Shown here: positions 1 through 8,680 of the stretch, in pieces | Position numbering within the stretch: position 1 is the stretch's first letter | Layout of the letters: each line of letters starts with the position of its first letter | Made by a program: the position numbers and the translations under genes | The notes under the pieces: generated by a model | What the model was told of the DNA's origin: nothing | What the model saw: the letters and a program-made list of their open reading frames with translations, nothing else | Database searches by the model: none | NCBI GenBank assembly: GCA_964535105.1 | Contig: CAZHSO010000007.1 | Span: forward strand, 1 to 62,805 | DNA from: an uncultured Gemmatimonas sp. | Lineage (GTDB): Bacteria; Gemmatimonadota; Gemmatimonadetes; Gemmatimonadales; GWC2-71-9 | Length of the DNA: 62,805 bases | Direction of reading: 5' to 3'

Positions 1-84
1 CGGGCATGCCCCACGGCCCCGGCGGGGGGGCCGGGGGGGGGGGGGGGTGGCTGGACCGCGTGCGGCGGGGTCGGGAGCCGCCAC

Positions 85-420
85 TCAGGGTGGGCGAGCG
101 CCGGTCGGCGGCGGGCGGGACCGCCGGAGGGGCGGGACACCGCCGCGGAGGCCCGGGGGGCTGCGCGGCCCGTGCGTGCGCACCGGGGTGGCGGCGCGCG
201 TCCGGAGGTGCGTGAGGAGGCGATCAATGACGGCCCGCGCCGTCATGAAGGTGATGAGGCGCATCAGGGCCCCGCATCGGGGGCACGCCAGGGGGTCCAC
301 CTCGAAGATCTGCCGCAACAGCTCGGCCCAGCGGCGACGGGCCTCGATGGTCGCGAGCGGTCGCGAGCGGTCGCGCGGGCACGACGAGGACGGGCGCGGT
401 CGGGTCGGCCCGCTCGGCTA
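85..420 (-). pseudogene. C-terminal remnant of an IS91-like (HUH/Y2) transposase
   Basis: Translation EARRRWAELLRQIFEVDPLACPRCGALMRLITFMTARAVIDRLLTHLR matches the W..LL..IFE.DPL.CP.CG..MR tail of IS91-like transposases. The catalytic N-terminal part is absent. A 10-bp tandem duplication at about 349-375 shifts the frame. Confidence 0.7.
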
Positions 421-426
421 GACAAC

Positions 427-488
427 AGGCAGGAGGCAGGAGTAATTCCCCTGCTGCCTCCCGCCTCCTGCCTCCACACTCCTGCCTC
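427..488. repeat. Inverted heptamer array (AGGCAGG / CTGCCTC)
   Basis: AGGCAGG x2, a short spacer, then CTGCCTC-like x5; lies just beyond the MOSC gene stop. Confidence 0.8.
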
Positions 489-489
489 T

Positions 490-1119
490 TCAGGCCTGCC
501 TCCGTAATATCTCCCTCCATTCCGACTGCAGCGCCGAGCACGCCGCGAGTAGTCGGGCTTCCTCGACCCGATCCGCCCGCATCCGCTTGACCTCCGCCGT
601 GCGCCGCACCGTCCACTGCGGATAGGGCCGGTCGGCGAGCACGACCTCCATGCCGGACTCGAGCCATCCTTCCTGCAGGACCCGGAGGTACCAGCCGGAC
701 CGGTGGTTCTGCACGATTGTCTTCACCAGCTCGGGAAGCCCGTGGCGCCGCGCCAGCGTGTTACAGGGGATTCGGGGGGACGAGACTTCCACCCGGACCT
801 CTCCGATTCGGAAGATGTCCCCGACGCAAACGCTGTCCTCGGTCAACCCGGCCACCGTGAGATTCTCCCCGAAGGCGCCCGGACCCACATCCGTCCGATC
901 CCACTCGGCACGCCAGCGGGGATAGTGTTCGGCCGAGTACATCAGCAGGGCCCGTTCGGGTCCGCCGTGGTCCCGGCGGTTGTACTGATGGTCGCCGGAA
1001 AGCCCTTCCCGCCCCGCCCAGACCTGGCCCTCGACAGGCTCCTTCTTGATGGCGCTGGTCCAGGGCCGGGGTCCATCGTAGGTGCGGGGATGACCGGTCT
1101 GGATGGAGGCGAGGAGCAT
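490..1119 (-). CDS. MOSC-domain protein with 3-alpha domain (YiiM-like)
   Basis: Motifs GL.GD...HGG.ERA, FGENLT, PRIPC and RSGWYLRVL.EG. Confidence 0.9.
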   Translation of the reverse strand: MLLASIQTGHPRTYDGPRPWTSAIKKEPVEGQVWAGREGLSGDHQYNRRDHGGPERALLMYSAEHYPRWRAEWDRTDVGPGAFGENLTVAGLTEDSVCVGDIFRIGEVRVEVSSPRIPCNTLARRHGLPELVKTIVQNHRSGWYLRVLQEGWLESGMEVVLADRPYPQWTVRRTAEVKRMRADRVEEARLLAACSALQSEWREILRRQA

Positions 1120-1129
1120 GTCCTCAAAA

Positions 1130-1199
1130 GTAAGCGGTGAGCGGCGAGCGGTAAGCGGGAAAAGCCCCTCCCGCTCACCGCCTACTGCTCACCTCTCAC
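1130..1199. repeat. Inverted heptamer array (GTGAGCG / CGCTCAC)
   Basis: GTAAGCG GTGAGCG GCGAGCG GTAAGCG, loop, CGCTCAC CGCCTAC TGCTCAC CTCTCAC. Confidence 0.85.
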
Positions 1200-1240
1200 T
1201 GGCATCAGGCCCCGCCCCCGGGCTAGATTTCCGGGTTCCC

Positions 1241-1298
1241 AATCCTCCTCCCGGTCACCCACACCAGGTGCCGGGCGCCTAGACCAAAGGAAGGTGTC
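1241..1298 (+). promoter_or_regulatory. Putative S6:S18 ribosomal protein leader upstream of rpsF
   Basis: TCCTCC-CCCGG...CCGGG-CGCCTAGACC-AAAGGAAGGTG: an anti-SD stem, an inner stem and an SD immediately before rpsF. It resembles the known rpsF-rpsR autoregulatory leader; no covariance model was run. Confidence 0.5.
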
Positions 1299-1643
1299 AT
1301 GGCCCGTCCGTACGAGGTGGTCTACATCTTCGATCCTGCCCTGGACGAAGAGACCATCAATCAGAAGCTCGCCCACTTCCAGAAAATGGTGGAAGTCCCC
1401 GGCGCCGAGCCGGCCCAGTTCAACCACTGGGGCAAGCGCACGCTCTCCTACGACATCCGGAAACGCGACACCGGGTATTACGTCGTCGCCACCTTCGTGG
1501 CGGAGGCGGTGGCGCTCCCGGAGTTCGAGCGCGCCGTGAAGCTCGATGACGGCGTCCTCCGTCATCTCATCGTCCTGAACGACGCGCCGGCTACCCCGGC
1601 CCAGGCCGCGCCGGCGCGTTCCGAATACGAGGAGGAAGAGTGA
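1299..1643 (+). CDS. rpsF: 30S ribosomal protein S6
   Basis: YEVVYIFDP...[16 protein letters not shown]...VLRHLIV. Confidence 0.97.
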   Translation: MARPYEVVYIFDPALDEETINQKLAHFQKMVEVPGAEPAQFNHWGKRTLSYDIRKRDTGYYVVATFVAEAVALPEFERAVKLDDGVLRHLIVLNDAPATPAQAAPARSEYEEEE

Positions 1644-1861
1644 GCCGCCAGAAGAAGGGCGATCCGATCGCCGAGCTCCGGATCCGGATAATCGATTACA
1701 AGGACGAGAAGCTCCTGTCCCGGTTCATCAGCGAGCGGGGCAAGATTCTCCCCCGCCGGCTCTCCGGCGTGTCGGCGCGGCACCAGCGGCAGCTGCAGGT
1801 CGCCATCAAGCGGGCCCGGTATCTCGCGCTGCTGCCCTACATCAAGGGTTACAAGGGCTGA
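1640..1861 (+). CDS. rpsR: 30S ribosomal protein S18 (Cys-free form)
   Basis: [28 protein letters not shown]...AIKRAR..ALLPY; GTGA overlap with rpsF. Confidence 0.97.
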   Translation: MSRQKKGDPIAELRIRIIDYKDEKLLSRFISERGKILPRRLSGVSARHQRQLQVAIKRARYLALLPYIKGYKG

Positions 1862-2811
1862 TGACGGCTCCGGCGGTGCCCCCTTCGGGGCGCCGCGCGA
1901 GCCTCGGCGCAGCGGCGGTGCTGGCAGGATTTCTCCTGCTGGCGCCGCAGCTCTATCTGCTGGGCCCTTTCGCGCTCCTCACCCTCCTCGCGCGGCCGCG
2001 CACCACCCGGGAGTTCTTCTGGCTCGCCGTCGCCGCCGCCGGGGTCTCAGCCACCCTCGCGGGGGCCGCCCCGCTCGGCCACATGATGATCCGGGTCAGC
2101 GGAATCGCGCTCGCCGCGGCGTTCGCCCTCATCTCCCGCAGTACCCGAGGTCCTGTCTTCCCGAGAGCCCTCGCCGCGGTGGTCCTCGCCGCTGCCGCGC
2201 TCGGGATCTGGGTGGCCGTCCAGGGACTTGGATACGCCGACGTGGAGTCGGCATTCACCGAAATGCTCCGGGCCAGCTACCGCGCGCTGGGCGACGTGGG
2301 CGGCACCGACCCGAAGGCGCGGCAGGAGCTGGAGGAATTCATCCGCCCCCTCCTCGAGGCCGCGCCAGGCATCGGCCGGATGATGCCGGGGCTGCTGGCC
2401 CTCGAGGCACTCGCGGGCGTCATGCTCGCCTGGAGTTGGCATCACCGCCTTTCGGCCACTCCGCTGGGCCTTCCACCCGGCCGATTCCGTGATTTCCGCT
2501 TCAATGACCACCTCGTCTGGGGTGCTATCTTTACCCTTGGCCTGATACTGGTCCCTCTGCCGGAGCCGGGCCCGGCCATCGCCGCCAATCTCCTGGTTGT
2601 CTGGGTCGGTTTGTATGTGCTGCGCGGGCTCGCGATTCTTTCCGCGGTCCTGGCGCCGGCCCCGATGCCGCTCAAGCTGCTGGCGGTCGGACTCGCCTTG
2701 CTGTTGATCCCGGTTGCCCTGGGCGCCTGCCTTGCGCTCGGACTCGCCGACACGTGGTTGAACATCCGGGGGCGCCTGGTGCCCCCCGTACCCGGAGGAG
2801 TGTCGCAATGA
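1861..2811 (+). CDS. DUF2232/YybS-family membrane protein
   Basis: Polytopic hydrophobic protein between rpsR and rplI, with F..FR..D.L.W and GL.DTW.N.R motifs. Confidence 0.8.
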   Translation: MTAPAVPPSGRRASLGAAAVLAGFLLLAPQLYLLGPFALLTLLARPRTTREFFWLAVAAAGVSATLAGAAPLGHMMIRVSGIALAAAFALISRSTRGPVFPRALAAVVLAAAALGIWVAVQGLGYADVESAFTEMLRASYRALGDVGGTDPKARQELEEFIRPLLEAAPGIGRMMPGLLALEALAGVMLAWSWHHRLSATPLGLPPGRFRDFRFNDHLVWGAIFTLGLILVPLPEPGPAIAANLLVVWVGLYVLRGLAILSAVLAPAPMPLKLLAVGLALLLIPVALGACLALGLADTWLNIRGRLVPPVPGGVSQ

Positions 2812-3254
2812 TGGAAGTGATTCTGCGGGAGGACGTAAAGACCCTTGGTAAGGCCGGCGCGATGGTCCGAGTCAAGCCCGGGTATGCCCGGAATTTCCTC
2901 CTTCCGCACGGCTTGGCCTACGAGGCCACCGAGGGCAACAAGAAGCGCCTGGCCGCCGAGTCGAAGGCCCGCGAGGCCAAGGCAGCGACAGGCAAAAGTA
3001 CGGCCGTCGCGGAGGCGGCGAAACTGGCCGACGTCGCCATCACCATTCACGCCAAGGCAGGAGAGGGCGACCGTCTCTTCGGCTCGATCACGGCGCAGGA
3101 CATTGCCGACGAGCTGGCCAAGGCCGGCCATGAGATCGACAAGCGGAAGATCGAGCTCGACCACCCGATCAAGCTGCTTGGCGAGCACACCGTTCCTGTC
3201 CGGCTCCACTCGGAGGTTCACGCGGCGGTTCGGGTGATGGTCGTCCCGGCGTAG
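2811..3254 (+). CDS. rplI: 50S ribosomal protein L9
   Basis: MEVILREDVKTLGKAG..V.VKPGYARNFLLP and RLFGSIT; GGAGGAG RBS upstream. Start is 2808 or 2811. Confidence 0.97.
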   Translation: MEVILREDVKTLGKAGAMVRVKPGYARNFLLPHGLAYEATEGNKKRLAAESKAREAKAATGKSTAVAEAAKLADVAITIHAKAGEGDRLFGSITAQDIADELAKAGHEIDKRKIELDHPIKLLGEHTVPVRLHSEVHAAVRVMVVPA

Positions 3255-3261
3255 CGCCGGA

Positions 3262-5103
3262 ATGCCGATCGGCATCGCCTACATCGATGGCCCCCGCCTG
3301 GCCAGGTCGGTCTATGCCGCGGCCGACTGGGTCGCGGCCGGACGCGACGAAATCAATCGCCTGAACGTCTTCCCGGTCCCCGACGGGGATACCGGAACCA
3401 ATTTCACCCTGACCCTCCGCGCCGTCGCCGACGCCTGCCGGGCGCTCGGCGACGCGACGCTTGCGGAAACCGCCCGCACCGTAGCCCGGGGAGCGGTCCT
3501 CGGGGCGCGGGGCAACTCGGGGATGATGCTGGCGCACTTCCTCCTCGGGTTCTCCGAATCCATCGGCGACCGCAAGACCGCCACCGCGCCGGAGATCGCG
3601 GCCGCCATGCGCCGCGGGTCCGACACGCTGGACACCTCGCTCGACGAGCCCCGAGAGGGCACCATACTGACGGTGGCCCGGGAAGCCGCAGCCGCCGCGG
3701 AGCGCGCCGCCGCCGACTCCCCCGATATTTCCGAATTCATGCAGCGGATGCTGGCCGAGGGGGAGGTGGCGCTGGCCCACACCCCGGAGCTCCTGCCGGT
3801 CCTCAAGGAAGCGGGGGTCGTGGACGCCGGCGGGAAGGGCTTCATGCGCATGATCGAGGGAGTGGTCCGGTTCATCCAGGGCGACCCGATCCTCGCCGCC
3901 CCCCCCGCAGAGACAACCTCGTACACCTTCCCCGCCGCCGAAGTGTGGGTCGCTGCGGAGCGCGATTACCAGTTTTGCACCGAATTCATCGCCCGGGGGG
4001 AGCAGCTCCCGCCCGCGAACGAAGTCCGGGCCGCCATGCACCAGTTCGGCGGATCGGTCGTCGTGGCGGTGGTCACCGATATCCTGAAGGTCCATGTGCA
4101 TACCGACACCCCGGAAGCCGTCTTTACCTATGCCGGCCGATGGGGTACTCTGACGTCTACCAAGGCCGACGACATGCGGGCGCAACACAGGGCGCTCTCC
4201 CACCCCGAGCGCCGCCCCGTAGCCGTCGTCACCGATACCTCGGCCGATCTTCCCGATTCGGTGCTGGATCGCCACCACATAGCACTTGTGCCGCTCCAGA
4301 TCCTTTTTGGGGACGTCGTGTTCCAGGACCGGGTGGGGATTCGGCCCGAAGAGTTTTATCGCCGGCTGCGGACCGCCAAAGAGCTTCCCACGACCTCCCA
4401 GCCGACTCCGGGCGATTTCGTCAGGGTGTTCCGGTCGGCGCTGGAGGAGGCAGATGAGGTAGTTGCGGTCCTGCTCGGCGCCTCCCTGTCGGGGACCTAC
4501 CAGTCAGCGCAGGCGGCGGTGAAGGCCGCTGGGCTCGAGCGGGTGACGCTGGTGGACAGCAGGGCCGCGTCGCTCTGCCTGGGACTTCTGGCGCTCCGGG
4601 CGGCCGAGCTCGCGGAGTCGGGATGGCGCGCTCCCCAGATTGCGGCCGAGCTCGACCGGGTGCGCGGCCAGTCGGGTGTGCTGCTGACGGTGGAGACGTA
4701 CGACAATCTGATTCGATCGGGCCGGGTGTCGCGCGGAAAGGCCTGGCTGGCGGGAATGCTGGATGTGAAGCCAATTCTGAGTCTCGATCAGACGGGACGC
4801 ATCGTCCCGGTCGACCGGGTGCGAGGACGGGAAGCAGTCATCAACCGGATGCTGGCGCTGGTCGATAAGGCATTGACCCCGAGACCCAAAGTGGTCCGGT
4901 TCGGCGTGGTGCACGCCGAGGCGCCCGAGGTCGCGGAACGGGTTCGGACGGCGCTGGTGGCGGCCTACCGGCCGAGGGACTGTTTCGTCTCGCTGGCGAC
5001 CGGCGTGCTCGGAACCCATGTGGGGCACGGCGCATGGGCGCTCTGCTGGCAGGTGGAGGACGGCACGCCGACCGCGCCGACCGGCGGGGTCCAGACAGGG
5101 TGA
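3262..5103 (+). CDS. DAK2 (FakA-like) plus DegV (FakB-like) fusion, putative fatty acid kinase
   Basis: N-terminal INRLNVFPVPDGDTGTN, GARGNSG, EGTILTV and VVDAGG; middle CTEF/KVHVHT; C-terminal DegV motifs VTDTSADLP, PTTSQP, LSGTYQSA and LGTHVG. Confidence 0.9.
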   Translation: MPIGIAYIDGPRLARSVYAAADWVAAGRDEINRLNVFPVPDGDTGTNFTLTLRAVADACRALGDATLAETARTVARGAVLGARGNSGMMLAHFLLGFSESIGDRKTATAPEIAAAMRRGSDTLDTSLDEPREGTILTVAREAAAAAERAAADSPDISEFMQRMLAEGEVALAHTPELLPVLKEAGVVDAGGKGFMRMIEGVVRFIQGDPILAAPPAETTSYTFPAAEVWVAAERDYQFCTEFIARGEQLPPANEVRAAMHQFGGSVVVAVVTDILKVHVHTDTPEAVFTYAGRWGTLTSTKADDMRAQHRALSHPERRPVAVVTDTSADLPDSVLDRHHIALVPLQILFGDVVFQDRVGIRPEEFYRRLRTAKELPTTSQPTPGDFVRVFRSALEEADEVVAVLLGASLSGTYQSAQAAVKAAGLERVTLVDSRAASLCLGLLALRAAELAESGWRAPQIAAELDRVRGQSGVLLTVETYDNLIRSGRVSRGKAWLAGMLDVKPILSLDQTGRIVPVDRVRGREAVINRMLALVDKALTPRPKVVRFGVVHAEAPEVAERVRTALVAAYRPRDCFVSLATGVLGTHVGHGAWALCWQVEDGTPTAPTGGVQTG

Positions 5104-5492
5104 CGCGCCGGGTCGCGGGGAGCAGGAAGCGGGGGGCCTCGGAAGCGCTGGTCGATCTCGCGCTGCAGGCCGCAGACGATCTCAAGGCGCGGGACATGGT
5201 GGCGCTGGATCTTCGCGGACTGAATGACGCCACCGACTGGTTCGTCATCGCATCCGGGACCTCCGATGCTCACGTCCGGGGCATCGCGCAGTCGGTGCAG
5301 GACCGGCTGACCGAGGCGGGGTTCAAGGCCCACCACGTCGAGGGACTGAGGCAGGGCCGATGGGTATTGCTCGATTTCGTGGACATCGTCGTCCACCTGT
5401 TTCACCCCGAGGCGCGGGCCTTTTACCAGCTGGAGCGGCTCTGGAACGACGCTCCGAGGCTGCTGCCGGCGGCCGAAAGGAAGTCTCCATGA
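5100..5492 (+). CDS. rsfS: Ribosome silencing factor
   Basis: D.KA.D...LDL....TDWFVIASG.S..HV, WVLLDF.DIVVHLF...R.FY.LERLW; GTG start overlaps the upstream stop. Confidence 0.95.
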   Translation: MTRRVAGSRKRGASEALVDLALQAADDLKARDMVALDLRGLNDATDWFVIASGTSDAHVRGIAQSVQDRLTEAGFKAHHVEGLRQGRWVLLDFVDIVVHLFHPEARAFYQLERLWNDAPRLLPAAERKSP

Positions 5493-8400
5493 TACGTCGA
5501 ATCGCTGCGGCGGCCCTGCTACTCACCGCGATCCCACCGGTCCTCTCCGCCCAGTATTTCGGGCGTAACAAGGTCCAGTACGGCCGCTTCGACTTCAAGA
5601 TCATCCAGACCGAGCACTTCGACGTCTATTACTACGAGGCCGAACGCGCCGCGGCGCTGGATATCGCGCGCATGGCGGAACGGTCGTACGCGAAGCTCTC
5701 CAAGGCGCTCAATCACCAGTTCAACGAGCGGAAGCCGATCATTCCGTACGCGTCGCACTCCGAATTCCAGCAGACCAATACGTCGGGCGGAGAAATCGAC
5801 GAGAGCACCGGCGGTTTCACCGACTTTCTCCGGCATCGCAACATCTTCCCGCTGACCGGCTCGTACGAGGAAAACCAGCACGTTCTCCAGCACGAGATGG
5901 TGCACCAGTTCCAGTTCGACATCTGGTCGCGCGGGCGGGCCGGCGGCGTGCAGGGGATCATCGCGGCCAACGCGCCGCTCTGGTACGGCGAAGGCATGGC
6001 GGAGTACTACTCGCTCGGCCCGGAGGATCCGAACACCGCCATGTGGCTCCGCGATGCGGCGCTCGAGGGCAAGCTTCCGACCGCCGAGGATTTCTACCGC
6101 GTCTTCCCGTACCGCTTCGGCCAGGCGCTCATTGCCTACATCGGCCAGCGCTGGGGCGACGAGGCCATCGCCCAGATCACCAAGCTCGGCTCCGGCGGCG
6201 GGATCGAGCCGGCGCTGCAGCGGGTGCTCGGCCTCTCCTTTCCGCAGCTCGTGGCGCAGTGGCAAGACGCCGTGCAGAAACAGTACCTGCCGGAGATCGG
6301 GAACCGCACCAAGGGCCGCGCGGTGGCGAGCGAGCTGCTCACCCGGAAGCGCTCCGGCGGCGGGTGGCACCTCGCGCCGGCGTTGTCACCCGATGGAAGC
6401 AGGATCGCCTACCTCAGCGAGAAGGACTTCTACTTCGTGGATCTCTGGCTGGCCGACGGCAACACCGGCAAGCCGTTCCGCCGCCTGCTGAAATCGTCCG
6501 CCAGCGGCAATTACGAGACCTTCCGGTTCATCACCTCCTCGGCGAGCTGGGCGCCCGACGGGCAACGGCTGGCCATCGCGGCGCAGCGAAGCGGCAAGGA
6601 CGACATCGTCATCGTCGACGGGACGCGCAACAAGCAGCTCCAGGACATCCGGCTACCGATCGCCGGCGTGACGAACCCGACCTGGAGCCCCGACGGCACC
6701 CGCCTCGTCTTCAGCGGCCTCGATGGCGGCCTCTCCGATCTGTACACGGTCAACGTCGACGGCACCGATCTGCGCCGGCTGACCAATGACAAGGAAGCCG
6801 ATCTCCATCCGGTCTGGTCGCCCGACGGAAAGACGATCGCCTTCGTGACCGACCGCGGACCGGGCACCGACCTCAAGGCGCTCCGGTGGACCGATTTCCG
6901 CATCGCGCTCTACCATCTCGAGAACGGGACCATCACCTACCCGGCGGGGATGGACGTGGGTCGGAACGTGAGCCCGCAGTGGTCCCCCGACGGCGCATCC
7001 ATCGCCTTCGTCTCCGACCGGAACGGCGTCGCCAACATCTTCCTGCACGAGCTGGCCGACGGGCAGACCTATCAGCTCACCGACTTCTACACCGGCGTGC
7101 AGGGGATCACCGCGCTCTCGCCGGTGCTGTCGTGGGCCCGGCAGGCCGACCGCCTGGCTTTCGTATATTTCGAGCAGGGCCGCTACGACGTGTACTCGCT
7201 CAACGCGCCGCGCACCTTGAAGAAGCAGCCCTGGACCCAGCGGACCATCGCGCAGCGCCCGTTGGCGGCGATTGCGCCGTCGGGGGAGGCGGCCCGGCCG
7301 GCGGTTGCGCGTATCGCCCCGCCGTCCGGCCCGCAGATCCTTGGCGGCGGCACGGTCTACCGCACGCCGCGCGGGTTCCGCCGGGCGGATTCCCTGCCCG
7401 TCCTCGCGGACAGCACGCGCCCGGCGTACGAGCCGGTCTCGGTGGCGCGGATCCTCGATTCGTTGCCGTTCACCCCGCCCGATACCAGCGAGTTCACCTT
7501 CAAGCCGTACCGCGCGACGCTGGAGCCGGAGTACGTCACCCGGCCGACGATCGGATACACGCGCGACACCTTCGGCCAGGGGCTGACCGGCTCGACCGCC
7601 ATCGTGCTGGGCGACATGCTGGGAAATCACCAGCTCGGCTTTGCCGCGTCGCTCAATGGCAGGATCAACGAGACGTATTTCGCCGCGCAGTACGTCAACC
7701 TGAGCCGGCGGCTCAACTGGGCGGTCGGGCTCTCGCAGGAGCCGTACTTCTTCTACGAAGGCGCGTTCTACCAGGACGGCCCCGGCCCCAACGAGGTCTC
7801 CTACGTCGAGCAGATTCGCCGGCTGGTCCTGCGCAACGCCCAGATCCTCGGCGCCTACCCGTTCAGCCGGTTCCGCCGGCTGGAGCTCGGCGCCGGCGTC
7901 GTCAACGTCGAGGATGACGCGAAGCTGTATACCCAGCCTTTCGACCCCATCTCCGGCGGGGCGACCCAGAGTCCGTTCGTCGAAACGGTTTCGGGCCCCA
8001 ACGTGACGTTTGTGCAGCCGACCGCCGCGCTCGTCTTCGACAACTCACTCTACGGTCCGGTCGGTCCGATGTTGGGGCGGCGCTCGCGGCTGGAAGTGTC
8101 CCAGACCCTCGGACAGTGGCGCTTCACCTCGCTCAACTTCGATTATCGGCGCTACGACCAGATCAGCAACTTCCTCACCCTCGCGACGCGCCTGAACTAT
8201 TTCGGCCGGCACGGGCGCGACGAGGGCCAGTTCCGCTTCTTCGCCGGGCGGCCCGAATACATTCGCGGGTACACCTCGGGCTCGTTCGCCAAGAACGAGT
8301 GCGCGAACGTCGCCGACGAGAACACCGTCACCGGGTGCAGCCGGCTCGACGAGCTGGTGGGCACCAGGCTGATGGTGGCCACCGCCGAGCTGCGGGTGCC

Positions 8401-8680
8401 GATCTGGAGCATCCTGAGGTTCCTGCCGGCCGGCTTCCCGCTCATCGAGGGGGCGCTCTTCTTCGATGCCGGTGTGGCCTGGGAGAAAGGGATCGACGTC
8501 AAGCTGAAGCGTGAGGCCGGGGATACGCCCGCGCTGGTGCGGACGCCGCTCACCTCACTCGGAGCCAGCCTTCGCGCGAACATCCTGAACTTCCTGATTC
8601 TTCGCGCGGATTATTCGTTCCCGCAGCAGCGCCCCGGGGTCAAGGGATTCTGGACCATCAGCCTGGGACCCACATTCTGA
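5489..8680 (+). CDS. Exported metallopeptidase-like / PD40 (TolB-like propeller) / Omp85-type beta-barrel fusion
   Basis: Signal peptide, QYFGRNKVQY, HEMVH plus EGMAEY, multiple P.WSPDG repeats, and an amphipathic barrel ending ISLGPTF. Confidence 0.85.
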   Translation: MIRRIAAAALLLTAIPPVLSAQYFGRNKVQYGRFDFKIIQTEHFDVYYYEAERAAALDIARMAERSYAKLSKALNHQFNERKPIIPYASHSEFQQTNTSGGEIDESTGGFTDFLRHRNIFPLTGSYEENQHVLQHEMVHQFQFDIWSRGRAGGVQGIIAANAPLWYGEGMAEYYSLGPEDPNTAMWLRDAALEGKLPTAEDFYRVFPYRFGQALIAYIGQRWGDEAIAQITKLGSGGGIEPALQRVLGLSFPQLVAQWQDAVQKQYLPEIGNRTKGRAVASELLTRKRSGGGWHLAPALSPDGSRIAYLSEKDFYFVDLWLADGNTGKPFRRLLKSSASGNYETFRFITSSASWAPDGQRLAIAAQRSGKDDIVIVDGTRNKQLQDIRLPIAGVTNPTWSPDGTRLVFSGLDGGLSDLYTVNVDGTDLRRLTNDKEADLHPVWSPDGKTIAFVTDRGPGTDLKALRWTDFRIALYHLENGTITYPAGMDVGRNVSPQWSPDGASIAFVSDRNGVANIFLHELADGQTYQLTDFYTGVQGITALSPVLSWARQADRLAFVYFEQGRYDVYSLNAPRTLKKQPWTQRTIAQRPLAAIAPSGEAARPAVARIAPPSGPQILGGGTVYRTPRGFRRADSLPVLADSTRPAYEPVSVARILDSLPFTPPDTSEFTFKPYRATLEPEYVTRPTIGYTRDTFGQGLTGSTAIVLGDMLGNHQLGFAASLNGRINETYFAAQYVNLSRRLNWAVGLSQEPYFFYEGAFYQDGPGPNEVSYVEQIRRLVLRNAQILGAYPFSRFRRLELGAGVVNVEDDAKLYTQPFDPISGGATQSPFVETVSGPNVTFVQPTAALVFDNSLYGPVGPMLGRRSRLEVSQTLGQWRFTSLNFDYRRYDQISNFLTLATRLNYFGRHGRDEGQFRFFAGRPEYIRGYTSGSFAKNECANVADENTVTGCSRLDELVGTRLMVATAELRVPIWSILRFLPAGFPLIEGALFFDAGVAWEKGIDVKLKREAGDTPALVRTPLTSLGASLRANILNFLILRADYSFPQQRPGVKGFWTISLGPTF

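Noticed and set aside
25-47. Poly-G runs as a functional G-quadruplex
   Set aside because: A homopolymer at the window edge next to an IS scar is plausibly a sequencing or assembly artefact.
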